Below, in pieces: positions 31,328 through 43,158 of a stretch of DNA of 64,000 nucleotides. The notes beneath the pieces were generated by a model that was not told where the DNA came from, did not search any database, and saw only the letters and a list, made by a program, of their open reading frames with translations. The stretch spans positions 85 to 64,084 of the forward strand of contig VRVR01000056.1 in assembly GCA_009859145.1 (NCBI GenBank). The letters are read 5' to 3'. How positions within the stretch are numbered: the first letter of the stretch is position 1; the number at the start of each line of letters is the position of its first letter. The stretch is from Andalucia godoyi And28. Taxonomy: Eukaryota > Protista > Jakobida. The position numbers and the translations under genes were made by a program.

Positions 31328-33424
31328 TTAGGAGTCGGAGGGTGCGTTCTGGTGGACTGGGGCTCGAAAGACTCGAATGCGGCCTGCATCGGTTCCGGCA
31401 GCAAGTAAGCCGCCTTGTGCAGCCGAGTATCGAACGTCCAGCACACAGCCGCCTTCGCAATCGAGCTTCGCAACGGTGTCGCCGGACGCTACATCCCAGA
31501 TTCTGACGGAGCCGTCTTCCGACCCGGCAATGACCGTTTTATCGTCGCATGCAAACCGTGCACGGATGTGGTTCTTGGCAGTATTTTGATGGCCGCGGAA
31601 CCGGTTGAGCATTTTCCATGTTCGAATGTCCCACAGGCGAACGGAATTGTCCTTGCTGGCACTCAGCACGTACCTCCCGCACCGAGATGCTTCAATCGAG
31701 GACAGCTCTCCGAGATGCTGCGAGATTGTGCGCAGACATGTTCCAGAAGACATGTCCCAGAACTTGATGTTGGAGTCACGGGCACCAGAGACGATAAGCT
31801 TTCCGCCTGCTGACCCAATGCCGGAACCTGCATGAACGACATCAACGCACGTGACGGCTGCTGCATGCGACCAGTTTCGAAGAAGCGTCTGCTGCGTGTT
31901 CGCATCAATCAGCTGCACCTTTCGGTCAAAGCCTCCAGAAACAAGAAGCAGCGGTGACGAGCAGGACGATATAAACCGGCATGCATACACGTCACGCATG
32001 TGAACGCTCGCAAACCGATGCACCAGTCGAAGCTGAACTCGGCTGCTCTTCCCGCTCTTTTCCTTTTCATTGTCCATATTTTCTTGATCCCGCCCCACCC
32101 CTCCTCCTTCGTCGTCCTGTTCTTCGCTATCCTCCTGTGGCAGAGCTTGTTGAGGTGATTGCGACGGCAGCTGTTGCCCAGAGTCTCGCCGACTGGACAA
32201 GTGTCGATCCTTAGCAAAAGGATGGGCAATGCTCATGATTCCGCTCCTTTCCACAAACTCAAACACGCCTTGCGACCCCAGTATCCCTGGTCCCTCTTCA
32301 TACACCGGCCCCGGACCTGGTTGTTCGAGAAACAAACTACTATCGCTGCTGCCACTGGAGATTCCTGAGCTAGATGGCGATGAAGAAATCGAGTAGAGGC
32401 ACACGGAGCCATCTGCGTGCGCCGATGACACAAGAGGATAAGGATGCCACGAAGCATACGGAGCGGTGGCCAAGTCCCAGCATCGAGATTTTGCAGTGTA
32501 TGAGAACATGACAGACGAAAGCGGCCGCGCGTACACCGGCACGAAGCACACTGCCTTGACAGCAGCCGGCAACAGCCCTTCGCCAAGCTGTTCCATGTCT
32601 TTCAGCGTCGCCGCTGCTCGATAGCTCGTATTCGGCATCGACATCCCACTCGGCATCCCACTTGACAGGGAAGGCGAAAACGCGCAAGACGCAAACGAAA
32701 AGGACGGAAGGTGGCATGTGTACGACAGCAAAGGATCAAATATTTGTGGAATGACGCTTGGCTGGTAGTCCATCAGCAGCGACACGTTTCCAGACTCAAC
32801 AAGGCTTCGCGGACAGCCTTGATATGCAAGCGCCTGCTGCAGCAAGTGCTCCAGTCGATGTTCCGGAACCCTATCCACATCCAGCGTCACCTCCAAGCCA
32901 CCACCGCTCGCACCACCACCTGCGCCGCTACCAATGCCTGTACTGCTGACGCTCTGGTTGGAGAAAAACGTGTCGAAAGGCTCAATAGTGAGCATCTCGT
33001 CAAGCGATTCACACAGATCCTCCCGCGGCGGCGCGACAACTCCTCTGGCAGTGATCAATGCGCACAGCCTCTGAAACTCTGTTTCATGGACCACGGACTC
33101 CAAAGGCTTGATCCGCCGCACAAGAACCTGCAGAGCCTTCGCATGGTCTCCCGCCTCGCACAGCTCCAAAAACTGCTGTCGATACACTGCAAACAGGAAC
33201 ACGCGCTGTGGCTTAAACACCGGCTTTGCGCACAGCCGCTCAACTTCAACCCAGTCTCCAGCCTTGAGGGAATTCCGCACCCGCGACGCTTGGCTCCACA
33301 GCGTTCGCGATGTCTGGCCCCGGTCATGAAGCTCTGAACTCAGCGTCAGCAGCGTACCCGTTAAGTTGTGTGATGAAAGGTACTCAGCAATTAGCGAGAG
33401 AACCTCTGATGAGTGTAGCGACAT
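31328..33424 (-). CDS. LisH-CTLH-WD40 protein (WDR47/WDR26/SMU1-like architecture)
   Basis: VLSLIAEYLSSHNLTGTLLTL (LisH), LKAGDWVEV...YRQQFLEL (CTLH), VPEHRLEHLLQQALAYQ, C-terminal WD40 repeats; start at ATG 33424. Exact orthology unresolved. Confidence 0.8.
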   Translation of the reverse strand: MSLHSSEVLSLIAEYLSSHNLTGTLLTLSSELHDRGQTSRTLWSQASRVRNSLKAGDWVEVERLCAKPVFKPQRVFLFAVYRQQFLELCEAGDHAKALQVLVRRIKPLESVVHETEFQRLCALITARGVVAPPREDLCESLDEMLTIEPFDTFFSNQSVSSTGIGSGAGGGASGGGLEVTLDVDRVPEHRLEHLLQQALAYQGCPRSLVESGNVSLLMDYQPSVIPQIFDPLLSYTCHLPSFSFASCAFSPSLSSGMPSGMSMPNTSYRAAATLKDMEQLGEGLLPAAVKAVCFVPVYARPLSSVMFSYTAKSRCWDLATAPYASWHPYPLVSSAHADGSVCLYSISSSPSSSGISSGSSDSSLFLEQPGPGPVYEEGPGILGSQGVFEFVERSGIMSIAHPFAKDRHLSSRRDSGQQLPSQSPQQALPQEDSEEQDDEGGGVGRDQENMDNEKEKSGKSSRVQLRLVHRFASVHMRDVYACRFISSCSSPLLLVSGGFDRKVQLIDANTQQTLLRNWSHAAAVTCVDVVHAGSGIGSAGGKLIVSGARDSNIKFWDMSSGTCLRTISQHLGELSSIEASRCGRYVLSASKDNSVRLWDIRTWKMLNRFRGHQNTAKNHIRARFACDDKTVIAGSEDGSVRIWDVASGDTVAKLDCEGGCVLDVRYSAAQGGLLAAGTDAGRIRVFRAPVHQNAPSDS

Positions 33425-33428
33425 CGTT

Positions 33429-33533
<105 letters not shown>

Positions 33534-33841
33534 CTCTCTATCTCTCTTTCACTCACAGACACACACACAGAGAGATACACAGACACCGTCTCCGCCTCTG
33601 CCTCGCTCCGTATGCCCTGTCCCGTAAAATCCTCCACAAAATTGAACTTCTGCAAGTATAATAATAATAATAATAATAATGATAATAATAACTATAGCAA
33701 TAATTATAATAACACAAAATGGGTCGTGCACAACGTGAAACGCAATGACAGAATGAGGAGATATACGAAATTTCACATCATTAGACCCGCAGACTACGAG
33801 CGGCAGAGTGTGGACCACGGAGGGAGCGGGGGCTGCGAGGG

Positions 33842-35482
33842 CTAGGAAATCTCGACGATTCTGCTCGATCTCGAGTCCCCATCATCCTTCTCGGCTTGTG
33901 GCTGTTCTCGTTGTTGTTCTCGCTGTGCTTGCTGAGATGATTCTGCGATGAGATTGCACACGGGCTTGTGCTTCTTCCAGGCGCTCTTCTGGCATTCTTT
34001 TGAGCAGTACCACTCCGTTCGACATCGGGAGCATCGATACGCGGCAACCAGACCACAAACGGCACACCGGGGGTCTTCGGCAACGACTGTCTCTTCATAG
34101 ACATCAGAGGCAAAAAGACTTGCAAGCCTTCCAAGCCCGTCTTTTCCATCGGCGCTCGCATCTTCTTCATCTCGGAAGAACCAAAGCTGGATCTGCGCTG
34201 CAAGAGCTGCGAAATCAGTACGTAGAAGCGTGTCGCGGATCACGGAAACTTCTTCAATCACTGCGCGGCGCATCATCGACGATATCGAGCCAGATGTATT
34301 CACCGCACCGCCACTGCTGTTGCTGTTGCTGTCCATGAGAAGAATCTGCTCAAGGACACGCTGAAGAGCAGATAGCAATGGAAGCTGGTCCAGAAGCACC
34401 TCTGAAAAGTACCGTTTCAGACGAAGCAGCGTCTCTCGGCGCGCTGAACTGAGTTCGTATCGCGACGCAAACACACTCACATTCGAACTTGCCGATCCTG
34501 ATCCGCAAAGCAAGTTCAGCAAGATTAGCCACACTTGCCCCTCGGACTGCGTCAAGACAAACCGGTCCGACTCTTCGCGAAGCCCACTCCACTCTGCATT
34601 CACCCACCGCTCCCACACGCTTTGACTGCTCTTCTTTTCACTCTTTTGGTTCTTTTCGTTCTTTTGAGACGACGACGACGACGACGACGACGAAGAAGAA
34701 GAAGAAGAAGAAGAAGAAGAAGAAGAAGAAGAAGAAGAAGAAGAAATGGGTCGCTTGCGAAGCCAAGGTTTGCGGTCCAGCACAGACACCAGCAAGCACG
34801 GAATATCATACTTGTCGCAGACGATCCCCGCAACTCCGACAGGCAGCTTTTCACCGAGATCCGTGATGAATCGAAGGATTGAAAGACAAGACATTGCAAT
34901 TGCAAATTCATGCGTCACAAGATACTCACCGTCGTCACTGCCAGACCCAGCAGCACTTTCCCCATCAGTGTGCCTGTGCGTATGACTGCTGGAGTGGCTG
35001 CCGGGGCGCTGATAAAAGATGTTGGAATTGAAATAGTCGGTTTCGAAGAGCGCGATTTTCCGGCAGCAGTACTCGGCTAGCTCGATTGCGGAAGGGCCGA
35101 GCGCCAGGACCGCGTGCGGCTGGTACAGAACGCACTCGAGAAAGTTGACGAGAACGCATTCGTGATATGAGACCAGAAACGGCCGTACGGATTTCTTCTC
35201 CAGCTCGGCAAGCTTCGACGCAGGAAGCAGCGGTCGTATCCGTGCCTTCCAGATTTCAATCGTCAGCAGATCTGCTACGACAGTTGGAAGCTTGTCATGC
35301 AGAATCAGCGACTCGGTCACGTGCTCGTCTGCATGTGCCAGCGCACAGTGGTGCGAAGTGATGTTCAGCTGATGCATTGATGCATGATGCGACAAAAACA
35401 ACGACGATCCCACTTGAGACAACAACGGAGCCTCCAGACTTGAGACTATCCGCTCCGATTCCAATGCACTCAACACACTCAT
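33842..35482 (-). CDS. ZMYND10: Zinc finger MYND domain-containing protein 10 (dynein arm assembly factor)
   Basis: HDKLPTVVADLLTIEIWK, YHECVLVNFLE, EGQVWL, LLDQLPLL, MYND finger CAVCG...CSRC...YCSKECQ...W..HKPVC; start at ATG 35482. Confidence 0.93.
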   Translation of the reverse strand: MSVLSALESERIVSSLEAPLLSQVGSSLFLSHHASMHQLNITSHHCALAHADEHVTESLILHDKLPTVVADLLTIEIWKARIRPLLPASKLAELEKKSVRPFLVSYHECVLVNFLECVLYQPHAVLALGPSAIELAEYCCRKIALFETDYFNSNIFYQRPGSHSSSHTHRHTDGESAAGSGSDDGEYLVTHEFAIAMSCLSILRFITDLGEKLPVGVAGIVCDKYDIPCLLVSVLDRKPWLRKRPISSSSSSSSSSSSSSSSSSSSSSSSSSQKNEKNQKSEKKSSQSVWERWVNAEWSGLREESDRFVLTQSEGQVWLILLNLLCGSGSASSNVSVFASRYELSSARRETLLRLKRYFSEVLLDQLPLLSALQRVLEQILLMDSNSNSSGGAVNTSGSISSMMRRAVIEEVSVIRDTLLRTDFAALAAQIQLWFFRDEEDASADGKDGLGRLASLFASDVYEETVVAEDPRCAVCGLVAAYRCSRCRTEWYCSKECQKSAWKKHKPVCNLIAESSQQAQREQQREQPQAEKDDGDSRSSRIVEIS

Positions 35483-35930
35483 TCTCGTACAAGGAAAACC
35501 CAAACCCCCTCTCTCGTCCGCAGAGAAGATCTAAAAGGCGGAAACACAAAAAAAAGAGAAATTTAATTAATCAATTAATAAAAACCAAAGAAGATTCACG
35601 CATCAACCCACAGGGAAACACAAAGAGAAACAAAACCAAACAGAACGAATATTTAAAATAATACAAGAGCAAAAAAAATCCGGTTTGCAAGTACGAGCGC
35701 TTCTTCAGAGTTTCTGCTCACGAGTCGTGTGATGAACCATCAATTGATTCTACCCTTTTTTTTTTCGATTTCTTTCTTTCATTCGCTCTTCTCTGTTGAG
35801 TATGTCGACTCGTGTCTCCGACGTCTTTCTCGCTTTGTTTTCCTCTTCAAAGTTTTTCTCTTTTGAATTTGCTTTTGTGTTTTGTCGTTAGTGTGTTTTG
35901 TTTTGTTTGGTAGAGGTGTGAAATCAAAGG

Positions 35931-37308
35931 ATGGCTTCTCGAAAGCGGTATCTCGCGGATGTCATCTCGGATTACTTGGACCCGACTCCAAAAGGTATGA
36001 TGACCTTTCTTTCCTTGCTTTCTTTAAAAATGCGATTGGCGTTTGTCTGACTGTGAGCCTATGTGGTTTGTAGATTTTGATCCGGTGGACGAATTGGACG
36101 CGTCTGTGAATTTCCAGTCCAGTGAAGCACATGATGGCGGCAATGACGATGCAGGAAGTGCAGGTCGCGTGTTGAAGAAAAAGAAGCTTGGCTTGAAGGC
36201 GTCGATTGTGGATGATCAAAATGCGAAATATGCCGGGAAAAAGACATCTCGGAAGGAGATATTCGAGCAGAGTACGTCAATTCATCAGGATGATCACCAT
36301 CAACGGTTTGGCACTGACGATGGCAGTAGGGATGATGATGATGACGACGATGATGGTGGTGAAAGTGAGATTGAGGATGATATGAGCATTGGGGATATGA
36401 GTGATGATGAAGATGATGCGATGAAGACTCGAATTCTGCAAATGTTTGGCTCGTCCAATCAGAAACACTCTGATGAGAACGACGGGAGAAATGGCAATAA
36501 GGGAGAGAGAGAGGACGAAAATCAAGAAGGAGGTGGAGAAGGGGAAATCACAGTATTGTCAGCGCACCGAGAAAAGGAAGTGGAGAAGGGAAAAGCAGTG
36601 GAACGACAAACGCAGTATGTGGCTGCATTGACTGCGACTCGAATTCGGCTTCAGAGACCGCTTTCGATCCTGCAGCAAGTATCGTCCTCGTTGTCGTCCT
36701 CGTTGTCGTCCTCGCGGTCGCGGGTTCTGCGGAGGCAGTCGATTGCAAAGCAGCTTCGGTCGTTGCTGGTCCAGTTGCTGCAGCTTTCGAATGCGCACGT
36801 GGGCGTGCAGATTGATGGGTCCTCCGAGTCGCTTGAGGAACTTTACAAGGTGATTGCGGCGCGTGAAGAGGAACAGGAGGGGTGGAGATGGGATGTTGCA
36901 GAGAAGTGGAATACCCGTGTCGGGCTTGCGGCCGGAGGTGTGTCGAACGCGACTTTCCGAGCCATCCATCAGTCGGTCAAGGGACAGGTTGAGAATGAAC
37001 TGCGGATGATGAATGTGCTCAAGAAACAAGCGACGGAAGTAGAGGGAAAGGATGGAGACTACTACGATGATGGAGAATTTTACGCCGTGTTGCTAAAGAC
37101 CGTGCTTGGAGATGCAGAGTCCGCAAGGAGAGTCAAGGATGACGGGCTGACGAAGAAAAGCAAAAAGATCGTCGATCGAAGAGCGTCAAAAGGAAGGAAA
37201 ATCAGATTCCATACCATCGAAAAACTCGTTTCGTTTATGGTCCCCCGCGCAGAACCGGCCGTCCAGGAACAAGCATTGTACATTGCCGAACACTTGTTTG
37301 GAAAATAA
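35931..37308 (+). CDS. AATF: AATF/Bfr2 ribosome-biogenesis protein; exons 35931-35994 and 36074-37308
   Basis: Exon 1 MASRKRYLADVISDYLDPTPK spliced (GTATGA...TAG) to DFDPVD; acidic region; YYDDGEFYAVLLK and VDRRASKGRKIRFHTIEKLVSFMVP (TRAUB domain). Confidence 0.88.
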
Positions 37309-37537
37309 TAGACAGAGTGTCGTCTGGATTTTCTTGTAATTGATTGACTAAAAGAAAAGAAAACGCGCATATATGCAAAGAATGTGTGCTTCATAAACTG
37401 GTTTTTCTATTATTATTTTTGATTTACTGTGTCTTTTTAATTAAAACATGCTAGCCTACCGGCATGCGATGGTATTCGCGGCTCTCATCGTGTTTCTACT
37501 TCGTCACTCTCGACATAAAGACTGACTGACTGACGCA

Positions 37538-38593
37538 TCAGTCCATGTTTCCATTGTGCGGTTCAGAGATAAACACGCTGGATTTGCAGTTTGCGCGGTA
37601 CAGCGCAAGCTCAAAGGGACACTGCAAACACGAATCCGTTGCACTAGACGACTCCGTCGCATTCTCCGACCACCGGACGCGGAGGTAGTAGTCATTCAGT
37701 GTCTCGGCTACACAATCTGGGCTTTGAAGCGGAGGTAGATCAACGTACCGCGCTGGCAAGATCAGCAAGTCTTCTTTCAGCAGAGTAAGACAGTGCCAGC
37801 CAAACACAATGCAGATGTTGGTGACCTTGGCCTCGATTGGAAATGTCATCCTTCGGTTTTCTTGGACTAGCTGAATCCCTGCGGGCTGTGGCGCTTTTGT
37901 CCCGTCCCCATCACAATCGCCATCACAATTGCCATGGCTCCCTGCAGCCGCAGAGGGAAAGCAGTTCACAAGGCGACAACGTTCCTTTCGAAGCGACGAG
38001 TGCTCGTTGGCGGCATGCTCCCGCGGTAATACCATGAATTCCTTGGACTGCGACGACTGCGTTGCGGAATTCCACCAGGAGACGATGATGCGAACGGGCA
38101 TTGGAAGTCGGTTGCTCAGTTCAATGGAAAACGGGTACTCTCCAGGACTTTGAACGTACACGCTCTCCGTCTGCACGCACTCGTTCTTTCGCGGAAGCGG
38201 CTCAACGGCAGTAGCATCATCGACTGGCGCATCGAGGCACGGAGCAGCGGACAAAGCATTGGCAATCGGAGAAGCGACAGGCACCCGTCGATCAAGATCC
38301 TGCTCGTCAGGATACTTCAGCTTGCGGCCTCGCGGGCGCAATGAATACGGAATGCGATTTTCCTTGTCTCGTTCGTCACTGCCGTCATGCATGTCGTCAT
38401 CGTCGACAGGTACGACTCTCCGCAAGCCGTATCTGTTGACTGTTGTTTGCAGAGGACTGGGGTACTCGAGCGCGGATGCAAACGGGACAAATCGTGCAGG
38501 AAACACATTCGGCCGTCTGTCGAACGGTCCGCAAGGTTCACTGACGCCCTGCTGAGAAGACTGTTGCAAGTGCTTAGAGTGTTCAACTCCCAT
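37538..38593 (-). CDS. Hypothetical protein, putatively N-myristoylated (MGVEHS)
   Basis: First ATG is 38593 (the track start is TTG); shares SNRLPMPVRI...EF...GW pattern. Confidence 0.7.
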   Translation of the reverse strand: MGVEHSKHLQQSSQQGVSEPCGPFDRRPNVFPARFVPFASALEYPSPLQTTVNRYGLRRVVPVDDDDMHDGSDERDKENRIPYSLRPRGRKLKYPDEQDLDRRVPVASPIANALSAAPCLDAPVDDATAVEPLPRKNECVQTESVYVQSPGEYPFSIELSNRLPMPVRIIVSWWNSATQSSQSKEFMVLPREHAANEHSSLRKERCRLVNCFPSAAAGSHGNCDGDCDGDGTKAPQPAGIQLVQENRRMTFPIEAKVTNICIVFGWHCLTLLKEDLLILPARYVDLPPLQSPDCVAETLNDYYLRVRWSENATESSSATDSCLQCPFELALYRANCKSSVFISEPHNGNMD

Positions 38594-39109
38594 GAAACCC
38601 AAGCCGTATTGTTGCTTCGTCAGCCCCTTGCGCGTTCGTAATGCACTGAGGCAGGGAGACAGGAGTAATTGAGACAGGTGTTATGCAAGGGGACAGCCGT
38701 GTTCACAACGAATGAATGAATGAAATGAATGAATGAAAAGAAAGAGAATGGACAACTATATGTTCCGTTTACTTGTCTATTGAATCTAAAGAGGGGTATT
38801 TTTTGCTGTTTGTTGCTGTTTCTTGTGTTTTGAAGTACCCATCATGGTGATTGGAGAAGAAAAGGTCGTGATTGGACCTCGATGGATGGATGGATGAGAC
38901 AGATGATGGGCGGATGATGGGTCATGAACAGATTATGAACGTGAATGCCATCATTCCGCGCATCGCATTTGCGCAGCTGTTTTTTGGCGTTGCAATTCTA
39001 TCGGATCTGCGAGTGTTGTTCAAATGGAACACTTGGAATAGGTATGGTTGAGGGAGGGGAACGGTCGATTCCTTAACGAATTTTGCAGTTCGCACCTCAG
39101 CACAGATTG

Positions 39110-40585
39110 CTAGCACACATTGATCCCCATTCCAGTATGCTCATGCGACTTTTGTTTTGAAATGGTCTGGCACTCGTCGCCTCCGTGAATCGATCGGAAC
39201 CCTGAGGACAGGCAGCAGACAAAGGGTTTCTGCAAATCGCACATGGAGAACAAGACAGCTGCACCTCTGTGGCGTCTGCGATCCATGTGAATCGCATGAT
39301 CTTCCAAATCATCTGCAGGATCTATCATTGGACCATCTGTTGTTGGGGTGGAAAATGCATCATGGCCTCCACCTGTGCACGATGGATGGATCATGGAAAT
39401 ATCGGGAAGAATAGGTGTGGAGGGTGTGGTTGGCGGCATTCCACACAGCTTCACTGCAACCGAATATCGATCGTGGGAGCGCACTCCGGGCGCCCGCAGC
39501 ATGGTTCCGTCGAATACACATTCGTGCCAACCGCAGATGACCTGAATACCCACGATATCGACACATCGAATGGATATAAACTGGACCACAGACCGCGTGC
39601 AAAGGATTGTAAATTCTGCAGACTCGTAGTACACGCCGTGGCCCGTTCGCTTGAGCACTGTCCGCTCACCGAGCAGATCTTCTGCTGGCTCGCCGGGAAG
39701 TTCCAGGTGGGAATCACAGCTGCGCGAGCTGGAGCGCTTGGTATTCACAGCGGAGATCGCGAGAGGACCCGCAGGGTCTTCCATGCTGGCATCGGAGTCG
39801 CTGGTTCGGATTCCCACTCGAGTTCCTGCGGCATCCAACGTTGTTTCTTCTTTGCGGCGAAGCAAGAGAGTGAGACGGTAAGGGAACGTCAAAAAGTTCA
39901 GAGCTTCAAACACGACTTCGTGCTCCACGAGGACGATGGTCGGAGCAGACAGTCTTCGCTTGGCCTCGTGTTGGAAGCGCGATCGAACGACTGGTGCTGG
40001 CATTCGCCCCGTTGCGCTCTCGATCGATGCGACGGAGCCCTCTCGAGAATCAAAGGAAGACAGCGACGACTTCGCCTTGGAGCGCGGTGAGGAGCCATTA
40101 TGATCGCTGTTGTTCATGGACCCAGAGCTGCGTCGAGTGGTGAATGCATTCGGGTACGTCGTTTCATCCGGAGTGCACACTTCTGGAGTGAGCAGGGAAT
40201 CCATCTGACCGGACGACCGCTTGCGGTGCAAGACGAAGCGAGATGGAGGCGGAGACGCAGTTGTTCGATGCTGCTCTGCAATGCCAAACATAAACGGAGG
40301 CTTCTTTTGGATCTCGAGGATTCGGGGGTGTTCGTCAACAGAAGGCGTCGTCGTGACTGGCGGCTCGACAGCTGTGGAAGCAACAGAAGCATACGCCGAG
40401 TTGGCAATCGGTAGGCGAGGATCTGCAATCTTTGAGCAACTCGAAGGATGCGGAGGATGCTTCCCTGGTGTTTCAGGTAGATCCAGTTGTAGGGATTTTG
40501 TGGAGATGCACGTCTCCCCAACGGGCACTTGCATTTGCTGCCGCGACGCAATCTTGCCTGACGATCGCGATGACGACGATCCCAT
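39110..40585 (-). CDS. Hypothetical protein, putatively N-myristoylated (MGSSSS)
   Basis: 491-aa ATG ORF; shares LNFLTFPYRL...EF...GW pattern. Confidence 0.7.
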   Translation of the reverse strand: MGSSSSRSSGKIASRQQMQVPVGETCISTKSLQLDLPETPGKHPPHPSSCSKIADPRLPIANSAYASVASTAVEPPVTTTPSVDEHPRILEIQKKPPFMFGIAEQHRTTASPPPSRFVLHRKRSSGQMDSLLTPEVCTPDETTYPNAFTTRRSSGSMNNSDHNGSSPRSKAKSSLSSFDSREGSVASIESATGRMPAPVVRSRFQHEAKRRLSAPTIVLVEHEVVFEALNFLTFPYRLTLLLRRKEETTLDAAGTRVGIRTSDSDASMEDPAGPLAISAVNTKRSSSRSCDSHLELPGEPAEDLLGERTVLKRTGHGVYYESAEFTILCTRSVVQFISIRCVDIVGIQVICGWHECVFDGTMLRAPGVRSHDRYSVAVKLCGMPPTTPSTPILPDISMIHPSCTGGGHDAFSTPTTDGPMIDPADDLEDHAIHMDRRRHRGAAVLFSMCDLQKPFVCCLSSGFRSIHGGDECQTISKQKSHEHTGMGINVC

Positions 40586-41498
40586 GATGGTAATGGTGAT
40601 GATGATATTTGGAAAGCAATCCTAGAATGAAAGTACGAACGTGACTCTGTGTGTGTGTGTGTGTGTGTGTTTGTTGTTGTTGTTGTTGTTGTATGAATCA
40701 CAAAATCGCCCAAGCCATGGAGGAGAGAAAAAGAGAAAAAGTAGTGGATCGCGCAAAAAAAGGACGAATGGAAGAGTACAGACAGACCGACGGCTTGGCA
40801 ACTCACAGCCCACACACACACACACACACACAGACAAACAACCCGAACAGACGCTCTTCGGAGATCGGTCATCCTCACAAACACGAAGGATCGTTTACAC
40901 ATATTCAGCCCGGTACGTATATGCGTCTGCGGCAAAGGCGAGGGCACACGAACCTCTAGTAGAAGTGCTTTGTTCGTATGACGAAGTTTTCAGGTTTACA
41001 GACTGCTCACACACGGCCACTGTCGTGGAAATGTTTTTGCATCCTCGCCAGGCTTTCCGATGGACGGCCGACTGACAGCGCGGCATGACTACAATCCCCG
41101 AACAGGCAGAATTCGGCGATCGTCCACTTCGACCAGTGCAGGCCTACAAACGTGAACATGTGCACTGGTGATCGTACAGTAAAAGCCGGAACAATCGTTT
41201 GCTAGCGTGCGCATTTACACGCTCGAGCTCCGATTGTGTGCGTCTCCCGAGTCGGAATAGGTGCGATTCAGGAAGATTCATTTCCGAAACGGATGAAAAC
41301 ATGCCGCAGTTTTTTCCCCAGGAAACTGAGCTGGCTCGGCAAGTCATCAGCAGCCTGATTCTCATCTCAAAACCCGGATGTCGTTTCCCCCCAGCTCCCC
41401 CCAACTCCCCCGTCCCTTCAGCTCCCCCGTCCTCAGCCGCAAATGAATGACCCAGGAAGTACTGTGACGTCGTCAACTTGTACGCCCTCTCCCTTTTT

Positions 41499-42269
41499 TC
41501 ATCTGTTGGAACTGCTGCTGCTCAGCTGGCCGGCCGCTGCAGTCTTTATTTTCTGCATCATGCATGCGACCATTTCCTTGTAATGCTCGACTTGACTCAG
41601 CGCGTCGTCTCGCTCGGCGGTTACGCGATCCAGCTCCACGGACATTCGGTCCAACATGACTTGCTGCGCATCAAATTTTGCGCTCCGCTCTTCCAAGAAC
41701 AAATCGAGTGACCTTCGCGAATTCGTCACCTTTCGAAACTCGTCAAGTCTGTTTAGGTCTTCTTTCGAAGGCGCATATGCACTGAGGTTACCGTCGACTC
41801 GAACAGGCGAGCAAGGCGACATGTACCGAAACACCCTTGGGTCACTTGTTGCAGCAGAATTTCCAATCCACGATGGATCCACGCATGCTGGATACTCTGT
41901 TTGAATATCCGAGTGTTTAACTTCCGATCGCACTGTTTGTGAATCTGCGTTCTCTAATCGCTGCGCAGCATGAAGTCCCTTTTCCAGCGTCGGAGTCTTT
42001 GCCAATGCGGATGTCTCGTGTGCAGCTGACCCACCGCACTGCGTCTTTTTGTTTCGATGCCTTGGATTTTTCCATATCCGCTGAACCTGTGATGACGACG
42101 ACGACGAAATCGATGAGTAACTGCCATGATTGTGATGCGAAGAAGAATCGGGACTGCTCATCGAAGACGCCCGCTGCACGTAGGTCGAAAAGTAGGAGGA
42201 CCTCGCTGACTCGTTCGGTTGCATTCGTGCAGCCTCCGCATTGTTGTTCTTGCCAATCATGCGCTCCAT
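41499..42269 (-). CDS. Hypothetical protein with C-terminal coiled coil
   Basis: 256-aa ATG ORF; heptad-like QQVMLDRMSVELDRVTAERDDALSQVEHYKEM. Confidence 0.6.
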   Translation of the reverse strand: MERMIGKNNNAEAARMQPNESARSSYFSTYVQRASSMSSPDSSSHHNHGSYSSISSSSSSQVQRIWKNPRHRNKKTQCGGSAAHETSALAKTPTLEKGLHAAQRLENADSQTVRSEVKHSDIQTEYPACVDPSWIGNSAATSDPRVFRYMSPCSPVRVDGNLSAYAPSKEDLNRLDEFRKVTNSRRSLDLFLEERSAKFDAQQVMLDRMSVELDRVTAERDDALSQVEHYKEMVACMMQKIKTAAAGQLSSSSSNR

Positions 42270-42373
42270 TCCTCCATACCTGTCTATTAGCTACTTTCAG
42301 GTTGTCCATCAGAAGAACTTGCGGGTCTCACTTCCCCGACTTTCCTAGTAGCTGGCTTACTGTACTCGTCAAC

Positions 42374-42972
42374 GGCTGACAGCTTTGTGTATCAAAACGC
42401 TGAACATCAAACAATACGAATTTTCTTACCGTAGTCAAGTCTACTATTTCTTATTTTTTCTTCGCTTTCCTTTCTGTGTGTTGGTGGCTTCAATAATCGA
42501 ACCTTCAAGCAGCACCTTTCATCAGAGACAAAGACAAAGACAAAAACATCTCATGGCTCCAAAGAGGGGGTCTTCTTGACAAACGCAAACCGGCCGTGTT
42601 CAAAGATGCCGAGAACGAAGAAACCCGTTGATCCCCTCTTGTCGAAGGCGGAGAGCAAGAAGATGGTCATCGTCAGACGGCTGGGCAAGATATTTTTAAA
42701 TTCCCGAAGATGTGATCGATTACGTTCGGAAATGCGCTCTAAGCTAGAGAACAAGAAGGAGCAAAGACAAAAGCGCCGTTCGCCGACGACATTCTGTTTC
42801 CTCCAACGTTCAATTTTGAATGTCGAGTCGACTGCGGAGTATGCTGGTTGCGAGGACCCTTTGATGTAGAATTGACGCTCGCCGCAAATAAAAACAACAC
42901 GTGGCTTGGATCTGTCTTCGGTGACAGCATAGCCGATGATGACCAATAATGATTCATGTTTTTGGCGAGCGG
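42374..42972. repeat. 599-bp dispersed repeat, copy 2
   Basis: Direct repeat of 23440-24038. Confidence 0.95.
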
Positions 42973-43158
42973 CCCGAGCACTTTGACAGAAGGTTCGGTA
43001 ACGTAACTTCCGACTGCGGTCGTAAAATACACTGTCGCAACTCAGAGCCTCCTTTCCTTTCATACAAGGAACCCGGAAGGAAGGTTTTTTCGAGAAGGTT
43101 ACCGAGTTAAAAGAAGCAACTAGCTAGTAGTAAACGGCCTTGTCGTGGGAGACGGAGA

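Noticed and set aside
40641-41476. Overlapping short ORFs as a gene or fourth MGxxxS family member
   Set aside because: Frames are broken and the shared motif is absent.
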